NCBI GenBank assembly: GCA_043228905.1
Contig: JBHGNT010000126.1
Span: forward strand, 1 to 64,000
Length of the DNA stretch: 64,000 nucleotides
Source of the DNA: Azolla caroliniana
Lineage: Eukaryota > Plantae > Polypodiophyta
Direction of reading: 5' to 3'
Positions 50,601-64,000 of this stretch are shown here, piece by piece (the first letter of the stretch is position 1; every line of letters starts with the position of its first letter). A model generated the notes under the pieces. It did not search any database and had not been told where the DNA came from. It saw nothing but the letters and a program-made list of their open reading frames with translations. A program made the translations under genes and the position numbers.

Positions 50601-53600
50601 AGTACTCAGGCAAGTTTTGAGAAGAGGCACATGTATATGGAATTAAATTTATTTTACAAATAGTCAAAGACATGCTCTATGTGTTTGATATTTTAACTGG
50701 GTCTAGAAAACAATTGGCGAAAAGTGGCATGTATCTACTCACACTCATGTATATATCGTGAAATAATTTGTTTCGCCAGATACATTGCACCGGTTTTGCA
50801 AAAAGGAACATGATTGGGGATGGAAGAAATTTATGGAGCTTTCGAAAGTGTTGGATGGCTTCACAGTTGCAGATACTCTTGTTATTAAAGCTCAAGTACA
50901 AGTAATCCGGTATGATTTCAGAATCAAATGTTTTTGTTCTGATGCTGTCATAATTATAATTCTCTGGGGTGATTCGGTTGAACTAGACTCATGGCTTGGA
51001 TATGAACTAGACTCATAGAACTAGACGCTGGGCTGACATTTTTTTAATCATAGAACTAGACGCATGGCTTTGATACGAACACTGAGCAAGTAAAACTGAC
51101 ACTAAATGGATCAATATAATACCAATAGCAAACTGAATGTTCAGTAGAGTAACCTTTTATTTCTCCTTGCAGAGAAAACCCTCATCGTCCATTCAGGTGC
51201 TTAGACTGCCAGTACAGGAGGGAACTGATTCGTGTGTACTTGACCAATGTTGAAGGGATATGCCGTCGCTTTGTGGAGGAGAAACGTGAGAAGATTGGGA
51301 AGCTAATGGAAGATTCCTTGAGATGGTCCAGGTGTGTCAGTATTTGGATTTTTGATAGATAAAGTACTTTTCTTGTCTCCTTGCACATTCCGGGACTTTG
51401 AATTTAACTGTCAAATTAAGAAATGTCTCATAATTGTCTTTGAGCATGTAGATGACCCTGTGTTTTTAACCAGTTTATCGACATTCTCTCTTGGATATCT
51501 AAGCATGATTTTTGTCGAGGGTTCCAACCACCAAGTGGAAACTTACTTTCTTTGTTTACTTCGATATGTGTTTGTGTGCATCTTTCTTTCCTTTAGATTG
51601 GGCTTTTCCATTGTTTATTTATCATGACTTTCAATTCTTTCTTCCATGTCTTTCTCTCTCGATGCATAGAAGTCATTTGGTAAGTAGTCATAGGAGAGAA
51701 AATGCATGGCACATGTACTGAAATGTCTACTAAAAATGACTGATAGATTGTTAGAAATAAGCTTCTAATTTATCTGCTCTATAAATGCTACAACAAGCCT
51801 ACTTTTTGCTCTGATGTCAGCTGGTCCCCATCGAGGTTTAACAGTTGTTTTATATTCCATTGGGTGACTTTTGGTAGTTTGGTCAGCAGTACAGAGCATC
51901 TAGTGCTACTTGTACCTTTTACCTTGAGAAGACATGCATAAGCATTTCACTCTCCAGTCTAGAAACACTTAAAAATCATGATTTTTCTTTGATACATTTT
52001 TAGGTCTAAAATTTCTCTTATACTTTATTGGGCAGCTTTCGAGTTTTTTGGTCAACAGTAGAGGAGAACATGCGCCGCCGCTTATCCCGTGAGAAGACAG
52101 ACACAATCTTAAAAGCGATCGTGAAGTGTTTTTTCAATGAAAAAGAGGTTACCTCAACCTTGGTTATGGATGCTCTTTATAGTGGGTATCGAGCGTTGGA
52201 TTACCGAAGTAAAAATAAAAAAGGAAAGATAAATGGATTTGAAGTGGAGGAAGCTCATAATCCTATTGTTTGGGTCGAGAAAGAGTTCTTTGTTCTTGCT
52301 GGTGATGTGCTTCTGCTCTTGGATCGTGCAGTAAATGAATCAATCCCATTCTACAAAGATGACAAGGGACCTCAAAATAGAACTAAGGTAAACTGTGAAC
52401 TTTATTATAGTAAATAGTACAACGAAGTTTCTCCGTAGCCAAGTCCTTCCAATGTACATTTTGTGTAGGATGTAAGCTCTGGAGATGATTTTGGAAAAGA
52501 TAACCTTGAACGGGATGAAAGAAGGCTTACAGAGCTTGGACGACGAACAGTAGAAATGTTTGTCCTAGGTCACCTGTTCAGGTACTCAATCATGGATATG
52601 ATCTTTGTTTTCTTAGTCTCTTTTACAAGTGGTTGCTAGCCTAATGCTAAAATGGTGAGAATCTCTTTTATTATCCTTAATATCACAATATATATAGTAC
52701 GAATCATTCATTGTTAGAGCAATCAATATCAACTCTAGGCTAAATTTAATCTTAGCAGAGGTAATTATCATGCAGAGAGAAATAAATCCATACTGATTTA
52801 TTGCAAATAGTTGAGAAGACCATTATTAATATGAGATTTTGGTTTAATTTAACTTTCTGATCCATACATTTCACATGTAAGGTTGAGAGGTTCATTGTCA
52901 CTATTTTTATCTATAGCCATTTTTTGTTAATAAACCATCTGGCATGTTCAAGTCTTACACTGATATCACTAATTTATTTGATGCTACCGTAGAAAGGAAG
53001 TGTTGAACACATTCCTTCTGGTGTTCTTTGGCAACCTTACTAACTGAGCTACTTCCGTTTTATTTATTTAACTTTTGAGTTTTCTCAGACCTTGTGAAAC
53101 CCTCATTTTTATTTATTTCCGTGGCTGTCTTTACTGTCTCCATATGTATGAAATTTATTTGATAGTTGATCGCATTCTTTTTACTTTTGTTTGAACAAAC
53201 ATTTTTCTCTTTGCTTTCAAAATTTGTGTATGATCTCGTCATAGTATTTTTTCATAATCTACATATCCTCATTTCAAGTAATTTTTTATGAAAAAATAGG
53301 ATGTTATTCATGATTTAGTTTTGTTTTATATTCTTGAAATTCAGATTTTGATTGTCATTCGGCTGTATCTAGTTGCATGTTAGAAGTAATAATGCAACAG
53401 TTATTTCAATATTGCAGTAACCGCGTTGAAGTGGCTTATCTTGAAGCAATTGCTTTAAAACGTCAAGAAGAGCTGATACGTGAAGAGGAGGCTGCAGAAC
53501 AAGCAGAAATAAAACTAAAAGCAAGGCGGGAAGCTGCTGAAAAAGAGAAACGAAACAAGAAAAAACAGGTGTTTGCATCCACATATATCAATATCCATCA

Positions 53601-56600
53601 AGCTAATGGAAAAGTGGCTTCATATAGTTGATATTGTATTGAATCAAAATCATGGTTTAATGTGTTCCCCAAATAATTCAGGCCATGTTTTCCAGTTGCC
53701 ACTTATTTAGCTTTAAGTAATATCAATGTCATTGCTCTGTTTAATACATCTATAGAAGCTTTTTTCCTGTGTGTTATGAGCTTCACCATTGTAGGATGAT
53801 GAATATATATGTACCATTAAGGCTGGACATTTAATATGAGCATAACGTTATGAACCAATTCTAAAGGCTAAGTTCAATGGATTTAAGGGTAGGATAAGTG
53901 GTAAATCGGTTATATTAGGACTTGGAACAAACCCTTTTTGGAGCCTAGGGAGTTCAGCTATATAAAGAGAACTACCTACCCTTTTTGTTATGGCTTTTTT
54001 TAAGACAGTATTAAGACTCTGCTGGTGAGACAAAGCTTTCATATTTTGAATCTGATGCTAGCCAAATATGTTCAAGGCCATATTCAGTAGTATGGGATGC
54101 CAATTGGGTTTTTTATTTTCTTGACCTTTTCTCTGGAATAGTTGCTGTGGTTAATCACAGTTAGTTTATTATTTTGCCTTTAATCTTTTACTTAATTGTT
54201 TATCGTTAGCATCGATCATATATGGCACATGAACTGAGGTTACATTTTTGCATCGTGAGCAATCATTGTGAGTTGATGGGGGGAAGTGCATATGTCAGCT
54301 TTGTAGAGTTCTGACATAATCAAACTCATGCAAGGTATACTGATTTGAGTTTCAAAGGATGTTTGTGGTGGATCATAAAACTATATGAGCAAGTGACAAA
54401 AAGAGTGATCTTGATTGAGCATATTAATTTTGTTCTCATAACTCTTCACTGTTCTTGTATGCTTATGCCTTTGCTGACATGGGCTTGAACTGCCCCATTT
54501 CCCCAATCTTGGTATATTTTGGTTGATTGAGCTCTTTGTGTATATGTTGCGCATTCTCGCAGTTCCAAATTCCAGATTAAAGGGATAAAATTTTTAGCAT
54601 TTCTTTTGCTCCTTAATTTTGCGAAGAATATAGTACTGTATTTTGTTAATATCTTTGTGTTTCTTGTCTAATGATTTAGGCAAAACAAAGGCGAAACAGT
54701 CGCAAAGAAAAAGATAAGACTGTTGAAGTGAAGCATCTAGGAACACAAGAATTGAGGCAACAAGAAGATTCAACAAGCAGTAGAGCTACTGTAAGCTCCT
54801 TGTCAAAAGGAACTTCTATTATGGGGGATGATGATGATGATTCAAGTGTCCTGGATAATGTTGATGGTGTAGTGGGTACGCTGAGGCCTACTACAGAAGA
54901 TATTTGGGAAAGGGAAGGGGCCGAGATGCATCAAGCAATGGAAGCAAGTTTCAGTGGAGGTTCATGTATAGACTCTGCTCCAAATGGCCAATCAAATCAG
55001 ATACAGGAAGGTCTTTTAGATGACAGTTCATCTACATGTTCCTCAGATTCTATTTTATTTCACACTGCTTCAAATGGGCCTGGTAGAAAGAGGTCAAACA
55101 CAAATATGGCAGATTTAAGCCCAGCATCCGCAAGCAGGTAACCATTTGTTTTTATGATATTTGTATAATGACGTTTTCTGGAACTATGTGGGTTATCAGT
55201 TTCCTGTATTGTGTAGCAGAGCACGTGGAAGGGTCAGTAATGAAAAGGACTCAAGTCAAGGTGAAACTGTTGGAGCGCTAAGGGGCAGATCAGGCAGTTC
55301 CAGTCGAACAGAGAACAGCTGTAACTGCAATACCGGCGATCCTGACACAGACACTGTTATTACATCCCTAAAGAAACGGGTGGAAAGGCTTCAACAGTGT
55401 CTTTTAGAAAAGGTGTCATGTTTGTCAATGAAAAAAGGAATTTTTGGTTTTTGGCTTGTACTCTGTATGGTAGTAAGATGTTTATTTATTTATTTTTGGG
55501 GCGGTGTCTGTTATTCCTATAGGAGGAGCTGGTTACAACATTACAGAAACAACTTAGTCATTATCAACATCAAGTTGGTAATGATGGAGATGGAAAAGCT
55601 GGGGATGATGCTCAAGGACATGGTGATTCTGACAATGGTGGCACGGAATATATCAAGCTTTTGAAGAAAGATAATAAGCCTAAAGAAAACATGGAGAATG
55701 AGGGAAAGAATGTCGAGAAATATGCGATGAATCATATTGAAATATCCTCTCCTAAGAAGATTTACAATGCTCAAGCCAGGTTGACTAGTAGCACCTGTGA
55801 ACAGAATGCTACTGAAACGCTTCGTTCTCTTAACCCTGCAGATTTTCCTTCTCTAACAAGTGCAGGGAAAGTGGATACACAACTATCCAGGCCATCAAGT
55901 GCATCAAGTCTGCCAACAACTTCAAGAGTAACACCTGCAGGTTTTACTTCTGTAACAAGTGCAGCAACTGTGGATACTAATATTCCAAGGCCATCAAGTG
56001 CATCAGGTCTACCAACAACGTCAAGAGTAGTACCGGTTGTCTCACAACAATGGAATGAACCCCCACCTCTGTCACGGTCTGTTAGTGCCATAGACAGGCT
56101 AGGAGTGACAGTCACAGAGCCAGCATCGTCGTCGTCGTCATCATCATCATCATCTATGCAGCAAAACTCACCAGTCATTCCTTCTTACAGGAATGCTGCT
56201 GCAGGTATCATGAGAACCAGTAGCCCATTTGCGACATCAACCCCAATGGTCCCTCATGCTGATCCTGGCTTCCGAAATGATTTGCAATACATGAACATGA
56301 CTTTGCATGGAGGCTTACATCAGTCGGCAATACCTTATGCTGTTGCACAAAATGATGTAGCAATGCAGAAGTTCTTGGGTGGTTTTGGAGTACACACTGC
56401 TGCTACAAGAGATGAATCGAGATTTGGGGTCAAGCTATCTCGAAGTGAATCTGATATGGTTATGCGAACAAACAGAATTGATACAATGGATGCTAGTGGA
56501 AATACGCAATCAGATTGTCAGCGAGAAAGAAGCTTGGGTTTCACTTTTGGCACAGTCACTCCCGAGATGCTACATTTACAGCAGCAACAAGAGAATCAGC

Positions 56601-57325
56601 TTAGCCACATGGATAATGGTCATTTTGAACAATTTTCCTCACAGAGTATGAGTGCAAATGTACTAGAACATCATTCTGTTCAGATGCATGATCCATGTTC
56701 TCCTTTGAGTGAACATCAAGAGAGCTTTTCTCAATGTGTTAATACATTGCAGGCCAGACATATAGGGGCAGAAATGGCTGTCTCTGGTTCAACAATGCCA
56801 GAAGAGTTCCCCCATCTTGACATAATCAATGAACTACTTGATGAGGATAAGATTCTCAGTGCAAAAGCATTGAATGCTTTCCTTAGACAGGCAGGTTATC
56901 AAAGCATTCAGTCTCCTGTGAATGTATATGATTATCAAAGGATGTACGCAAGTCAAATGGGATTGGATGTGAATCCTATGATTCATAGTGGCAATGCTGC
57001 AGAGAGGAGTGATGCAGGCATCCATGTCAATGTTCCTCCATTCTCTAATGCTCCGGATGGCAGGGTCATTAATGGTCATGGAGATAACATGCACCTACAG
57101 TCATACACACTTTCTCCATTGCATTGTAGTGGATTATTAGAAGGCATGCCTGAACACCATTGGCAAGGTTCTCAAGGAGACTTAACATCCATGAATGGAT
57201 ATCAAAATGATATGGATGTCTTGGTTGGCTATCCAATACAAACCCATGCTGGTATCCCAGATTGTCCTCCATATACACTAGGGCAGAATGGATATTCTAT
57301 CTACTCCCAAATGAAGCATCCTTGA
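47687..57325 (+). CDS. TRAF1: MATH/TRAF-domain protein, TRAF1a/b (MUSE14/MUSE13, At5g43560-like) family, ~1268 aa, 12 exons
   Basis: Exons 47687-47864, 49967-50078, 50375-50463, 50541-50609, 50780-50909, 51173-51331, 52036-52387, 52469-52581, 53418-53568, 54680-55137, 55220(or 55217)-55412, 55523-57325, all in frame. MATH domain 'LYGKFTWKIENFSQINKRELRSNLFEVGSYKWYILVYPQGCDVCNHLSLFLCVADYDKLLPGWSHFAQFTIAV...HRFCKKEHDWGWKKFMEL', plus 'IALKRQEELIREEE' and the C-terminal 'EFPHLDIINELLDED'. Confidence 0.95.
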
Positions 57326-59632
57326 ACAAGATGCTCAATGAAATTCTGAAACACATCTGTTTGCTGGTGTTTTTAGGAGGGTTTTTTGGTCTCATGTATT
57401 GGTAAAACGTCAATTTGAGATTAGCATTCTTATTTTGATTGGAAATTTCTTAAAACCTCTGATGTTTACAAATCAGTTGTCTGTAAGATAAGATTCTAAA
57501 ATATATATTTTAGTATATTCACCACTCCTATATGGAATTTTAGAGAGGTAGAAAATTTCCGTTTCTTGCGCTATTTAGTAATTTGTAAAATATGACTCGT
57601 AAATTGTTAAAGCTCATCAGGTTAGGAACAGAAATCTTAGCATTATTTATTCATGTGATTGATTCTTAGATATATTTGATTCTATGATTATTTGATGATA
57701 CAACAATTTATCAGCCCAACTTCCCATTGACAAATCCAATGTCAAAGGAGTTTGGATGCTGCATCCATAATTCTCGTTGGCATAATCCTCCAGAACTTTT
57801 GCTAAATGTTATTTCAGAAGCCTCATCTATCCTCCTCCTTTTGTAAACCTAATAGTAAACAGATTCTCGGAATCTCGAATTGCTTGTAATCCTTAAAAGA
57901 ACTCTCAGAATGTAAGAATGTTCAGGTGACAGGTCTTCTCAATCACATCTATTTGACTTCATAGTTCCATAGTATAGAACATAAGATAGAAATAATTTAA
58001 GAATCTTCTCAAATCTATTTGACTTCATACTTCCCTTAGTATAGGACATGGGATAGAAAAAAGTTAGGATTTAGAGATAATTCTAGAGTTTTAGCCAAAA
58101 AAGGGAAGAGTTTTAGGATGAATATAAAATCAGTATTGTAGGCAACATAAGTTGTTTGGTCTTTAATGCTTTTAAGCAAGAGATCATTGACTTCTACTAG
58201 TTACAGTTTTAATACTTGATAGATAGTATAGATAATAGAATGGGCCGTCTTATCATTAGATAAGTATATCATGTTTATCTCATACTATCAATAGTATGAT
58301 ACTATTTCTCCCATGCTATTTATCTTGTACTTGCACATGTCATGCCATTTAATAAATTTATATATTAGTTACCACTATATCTTTGGGTTATAGCCCATTG
58401 TAGACAAACGAGGCCTTGATTTCTGTCATGACAAAACTCTCTTTTAATATATATTTTATAGATCACAAACATATGCTTGCAAATATTTATGTAATCCCTA
58501 AACACTAACATTCCCTCCAAGCACACATTTATGTCATGAAGTCCTAACTTTCTTCAACACATTGTGGCTTCAACATATCTCGCAACCACAAGTGCATGCT
58601 GCTTAGATGCTTGCATAAATTTACTGCCTATACTAACAACATGCAATATTTAGTCTTGAAATGATAAGGTAAACAATTTTCCGACTATTTGCCGATATAT
58701 GCATCTTCAATTATGAGTACTTTTTCTACCCAAGATTTTTTCCTTAGGTCATTTAACTAGTTTTGAATCATACATATATAATTATTTTGACCTTTATGAC
58801 ATAAACCTTCTTTGACATAGTATAAAACCATCAAGATATTTCATGACTTTAAACCAAGAAAACACCGTAACTCTCCTAAATCTTTCATTTCAAACTCACA
58901 TGTCCATTTCTTCTTAACATTGGTCAACTAACGTTCATTTGTGATTATAAGATTCTTCAGCACCTCCTCTATTTCAGTAGCTTCCACTAGTCTCTTTTAC
59001 ACAATTAACATGGTGAATTCATCATCTTTCTCAACAATATCCCAAAGATCTAATTAGTGGAGATACAGTTCAATTACAAAGGATAATTATATTCCCCAAA
59101 CTACTCTACTTTTGCTACTTGTATTGTCATCTTCCAAAGTCTAAACTTACACCTCAATACAATGAGTTTCAATAACTTTATTAGACAATAGTTTTAATTT
59201 ACAACAAATGTTGTTTCAAATCAAAATTCAAATAAAATATTTACAATATGTTTTGTTGACCAAACTTAGTAGCAGATCTTTAAGAGAAGATAATAAATGG
59301 CTTAGACTATTGATTTGCTTCCAGGACTAGGTTACGTAGAAATCTCTGAGAGCGTCATTTCTTCATCTTTATTCTTTTGACACCACCAGCACACAATTGA
59401 TCTATTATAACAATTTTTTTAGAACCCTAATGTTTTACAAATATGACAATACCAAAGGATCCAATAAAAAATTATCTATAGCTAGCTAGATAGTGTTAAT
59501 GTGATTTTCACCATCCTCACTTTTCATGGGACTTCTTTGGGGTGCTCATAAAAACAACATTTTCCCCAAACATTTGGTATTTAGGATATTGGTCTGAATG
59601 ACATTTAACTTATTGCGGGATGTATTTGCAAG

Positions 59633-59723
59633 TATATATATATATATAGATATATATATATATATATATTAACGTCTTCTAAGACCAAAATTGGCCCATA
59701 AGACAATTGGTTTACAACAAAAA
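59633..59723 (+). repeat. (TA)n microsatellite followed by a ~57-bp dispersed repeat shared with 21891-21947
   Basis: TATTAACGTCTTCTAAGACCAAAATTGGCCCA(C/T)AAGACAATTGGTTTACAACAAAAA occurs at both loci with one mismatch. Confidence 0.85.
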
Positions 59724-61499
59724 TGGGGTATTTATCCATTCATTGAAAGTAAAAATAAAATATAAGAGGAACACTTCAAAAGTTGGTCAATCTTGGAGTG
59801 CATCAATTTGTTAAATATGATTTCCTTTGGCATTGCTCATATGTTTGTGATTGTTATTGCAATTTATGCAACATGGGGATAGAGATATTGGATGGGGATG
59901 AGCTGCAATCATCTCATTGTAAGAGTTCAGTAAATATTGAGTGGGAAAGGATACGATCTTAGATTTCTTATTCAGAGTTATTTTATTCCCTAAAATAGTC
60001 GCTCTTGATGATGCCAACAAGTATTACTAGTTATCATAATTGCTATTAATATATTTGCATGTGTTTGTTTCTATTCATTATGGTACATTGGGTTTTTGCA
60101 TGTGTGCATGTCAACACATTTTGTACACATGTGGTCGGATTGTTACCCATGGTAAAAACACAGTTTTGATTATTCATATAGCATAAGTCACCATTGTATT
60201 ACAACAAGCAAACTCTTTAGTAAGTTTCCTTCGTAGATAGTAAACATCTAAATCATTTGTACTAATGTAACCATTACTAAGTTAAACCCATCCATTTAGT
60301 AAATACATATTTAAACATTCAAATTAAGATTTGTGACTCTATTCTAGAGTTGTTATTAATGAAAGAATTGTCGATGTCCAGGTAAAGGGACAAAATATTT
60401 GATAGGTAGACATTTGTTACCTTTGACGAAACCTTTAAACAACAAAACCGATATAAATCAATATTGTCCTCATCTATGAAGATTCAAATCTAATATCAAT
60501 GTGTATGTGGTGGATGTTTAACATGTGTTTTAAACCTTGAAAGGATAATTAAAGAGACCATCAAGATGCAAGCCTTCCCAATTACTTAAGCATGGTCTTT
60601 TCCTTAAAACCTTCCAAAAGTTTTGAGTTAATGAATTTTTTTAGAGATAAAGTTTGGTCTATATCATTTACAAGTTGCATGATAATCTTAGAGGATGAAT
60701 GTAAACCAAAGTCCTTATTATTTGAAGCTAATGATCACGAGTTATAGAGAAAAGATGGAGAAGAAACAAACACTATAAATCACTATTATAAAGAGAATAC
60801 GAACTCCTTAGACTCTAGATAAGTCCACACATTAAAGTGTTTTAGTCACTAATAAGAATAATAATCACTCCCCCTTCCTTTTACTAAGACTCTTCTAAAC
60901 TCGTCTTTCTTTCTCTAAGAATCCCCGTCCTCAATCCTTTCTATTCATCATTTCTCTCTCCTATTTTGTTATGTACACATAACGTACGTGAGGGTAGGTC
61001 ATTAATATTTATAAGTGAAGGGTATGTTCACTAATGTGATTGGATAGGAAGAATGATAGGTGCATGCACTATCATGGTCTTGACAACCAATTAATGGAGA
61101 GTCTTTTAGAAAGGCACATTTATTCAAGGAGCCTAGGACGAGTTATAAATATGGGGTTTAGCTACCCTCATAAGAACATTACGTCGAAACGTTGTTGTCT
61201 TAGACACCGGTGGTGCGGGTTAGTCATCCTAATATCCAGCGGTATGGGACATCGGTGGTAGGGGGGCCATTTACGATTTTTACAAAATATCCACGTATAG
61301 ACCTAGTTCTCCTCTTTGACACCACTTATGTTATTATTATTATTTCTATTTTGTAGCTCTCATTTTGACATCCAAAATATCGTTCAAAAGTACATGTTGA
61401 CTTTTTAACAAAAAAAATTATCTATTAAGAAAACATATCCTTCCATTAGTTTTAAAAAACATATCAGCTACAAAATACAAAATGATGGAAATGAAGTGA

Positions 61500-61990
61500 T
61501 TATCCTTCCCAACCCCTCTTGTGTAAGACAATAGCTAGCCATGAATCATTCGTTTGATAGACTTGATTGAGCACTTCCTCAATAGTTGAAACATACCATG
61601 AATTTGGATATGTTCAAACCAAATCAATCTTCCTCATCATGTTCATATTCAACATATCCAAATACCACCTTTGGGTCATCACATGCATCCAATATACCAC
61701 CACATTTACAATGACCAAGCATCCTTTATTTTCCATATTCAACATAAAACTCAAGCAAAGCATAATGGTATAGAGGTCATTTTGTATGCCTCGATCCATG
61801 ATTCCAACATGTATGAACATGCCATCATGTAAAGCCATGTGATCAATACCCACCTTAAGGAATCTCAACCCATCAAACAATTTATATGCATATGATAAAC
61901 TTCCACATGTTGCATACAAATCAATAGTGCTTCTAATGAGCATATTCAAGTTTATACCTAGCTGAGCAATGGCAATATGGATTTCTTTTC
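61500..61990 (-). pseudogene. Degenerate PLS-class PPR gene fragment
   Basis: Minus-strand 'LIRSTIDLYATCGSLSYAYKLFDGL' matches the PPR motif 'L.DMYAKCGSL.DA..VFD.L'. Frameshifts and stops surround it. Confidence 0.7.
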
Positions 61991-62443
61991 CTTTCTTTTA
62001 ACTCTGATGTGCTCGAACATGAAAATCACATCTTGAATGCAAGATTTGAAGAACAATGACACCATCCATCACATAAGAAGAAACAGACTTATTCCGAATG
62101 AATACATAAGAGCATCCCCCCCCCCCAAACTTGTTTCAATGACGCCATCCATCTCATAAGAAGAAATGGGACTCTGCATACATATCATTTAGCATATTAG
62201 TGATTACAAGATCATGTTTCAAACCCTTTTCCTTTCTTTTAACTCAGATGTGTTCGAACATGAAAATCACATCTTGAATGCAAGATTTGAAGAACAATGA
62301 CACCATCCATCACATAAGAAGAAACGGACTTCTTCCGAATGCATACATAAGAGCATCCCTCCCCCCACTTGGTTTAATGACTCCATCCATCTCATAAGAA
62401 GAAATGGGATTCTGCATACATATCATTTAGCATATTAGTGATT
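61986..62443. repeat. ~241-bp-period tandem duplication
   Basis: TTTTCCTTTCTTTTAACTC(T/A)GATGTG...TTTAGCATATTAGTGATT starts at 61986 and 62227 with scattered mismatches. Confidence 0.9.
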
Positions 62444-64000
62444 TAACAAATCTTTTCTTGCTCAAATATGGAGTTGGGATGAAGAAGTTATAGCGTTTTC
62501 CACAATCTTCTTATTCACTTCATTGACTTGCATTTTTTCTACTTTCTAACGTTTGGAAAAATGTCTTTATGTTTATACATTTGAATTTCTTATTATCTCG
62601 ATAGTGATGATGATTGAATCTTTTATCCTTGAGTGTTCTAGTGTCCAACGTATTTGCAACAATCATTTTTTAGGAAGAAAAATTGGCATATCATTCAATA
62701 AGACATTTCTTTTATCAATACCAAAGTAAACTCAACCTTCAATGAAGATAAGAATTTATTTATTAACATTTTTAGTAAACATGTCAACATTTCAAATTGG
62801 AGTAAGTGAAGGATGGCCTAAAGGTACTCTAGTTAGAAATAATTTTTTTACTATACATGGTCATTGATTAGAAATGGAAAGAATCATTCCTCACAAGGAA
62901 ACTAATTGTTTTTCAAACTAATGTAAATGGATAGGTCCCCTTTACACCTAACCTTAATCCTACTTCAATTATGAATATCATCTAAATTTATTGTGGCAAA
63001 TATGTAAGGAAACACAATTGTAAACACTTTATATATTAATATTTTGAGGATATGAATGCAAAGCTCTCAATAAGGACTTAAAAGTAAATGAGAAAAAATT
63101 ATTTCAATCTATGCATGCCCCACGTGGCATTAAATGGATTTGGGAAAGCTTTAATCGAAGCCTAAACTACAAAATTGGTCAGTATGTTACATCATGACCT
63201 TACCATGATGCGAATAAAGATATTGTATGCACGTTTCTTAAGAACCAAACTTTTTAGCACTCTCACTTTTGTTTCTTGTTTTTAATACAATTATTGTTGC
63301 AATGGAACACAATTTCCTTTTCAAGCATGAAAATGAGCTGATATATACATGTGTGTAGGACAATTTACAAAGTGAATATACATGTGATGATGTGTGTGAG
63401 AGAGGCATTTAAAGGAACATCTAAGTAAAACTCCTAGCTTGCGTCGGAGTAATGATTAAATTGACAAAATTATCACTTCAATATCTTTATACTTTATTCA
63501 ATTGAAAATTGTTTTGCCATTAAACTTTGAAATTCTTTGGAAAAATTATATGAGAACTAGTAATATTTGGCTTATCAACATTTAGCATGTCATGATCATT
63601 ACTACTTCTATATTAACATTGGCTTGTGAGAACGCCAGGAATAATAGTTTCACATTGTAATATAATATACATATATGATTCTTCTAATGACCTTAGGTTT
63701 TGGTCTTGCATAGAATGTTAAAATCCTTATGGGTACCATAATGTCAGTGTGAATCGTGGAGGTCATCGTAATTTATGTTCAATATTTCATTATATCCATG
63801 AAGTGCATATCAATGAAACTTTGGTATTACTACATCTTGAGTACAACGGCACAATTAGAGTTGACAAACTATGATTATGATGTTGCATACTTCATGGAAT
63901 TCTTGTAGAAGTGACTGTCATTTGTGTAAACATGACACATCTCTTGGTCACACATGACTTGCAAAGTAACTTCTTATGTTTCATGAAGATGCAATGCATG

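Noticed and set aside
58140-59400. Possible old Copia remnant (ACA followed by TTCCCTCC, PPT-like, at ~58510)
   Set aside because: Too decayed to define LTR pairs, a TSD or protein motifs from sequence alone.

Overview
AT-rich, intron-rich land-plant nuclear DNA with no prokaryotic features. The gene style suggests a fern or other non-seed plant, but that is inference only. I reconstructed five apparently intact protein genes by hand from GT/GC-AG junctions: (1) an NT-type C2-domain/myosin-like coiled-coil protein (-, 1182-8020, 10 exons, ~1460 aa); (2) an intronless RALF peptide precursor (+, 27289-27528); (3) a small 4-exon, 109-aa gene missed by the ORF track (+, 32836-34122) whose helix resembles the animal SNAPC5/SNAP19 snRNA-promoter factor subunit, which is the most interesting observation here; (4) a UBA2-type two-RRM protein (+, 41573-43793) with a 3'-UTR intron; (5) a MATH/TRAF protein of the TRAF1/MUSE13/14 type (+, 47687-57325) with a GC-AG intron. 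Other features are a tRNA-Glu(UUC), orphan bHLH ACT-like C-terminal exons, PPR pseudogene fragments, a Mutator-like MITE with a perfect 9-bp TSD, a Helitron-like insertion, a six-copy ~278-bp tandem array and a long hairpin upstream of the MATH gene. There is also a nested TE cluster: a decayed LINE interrupted by a tRNA-Ala-primed non-coding LTR element and by a young, internally deleted Copia element.
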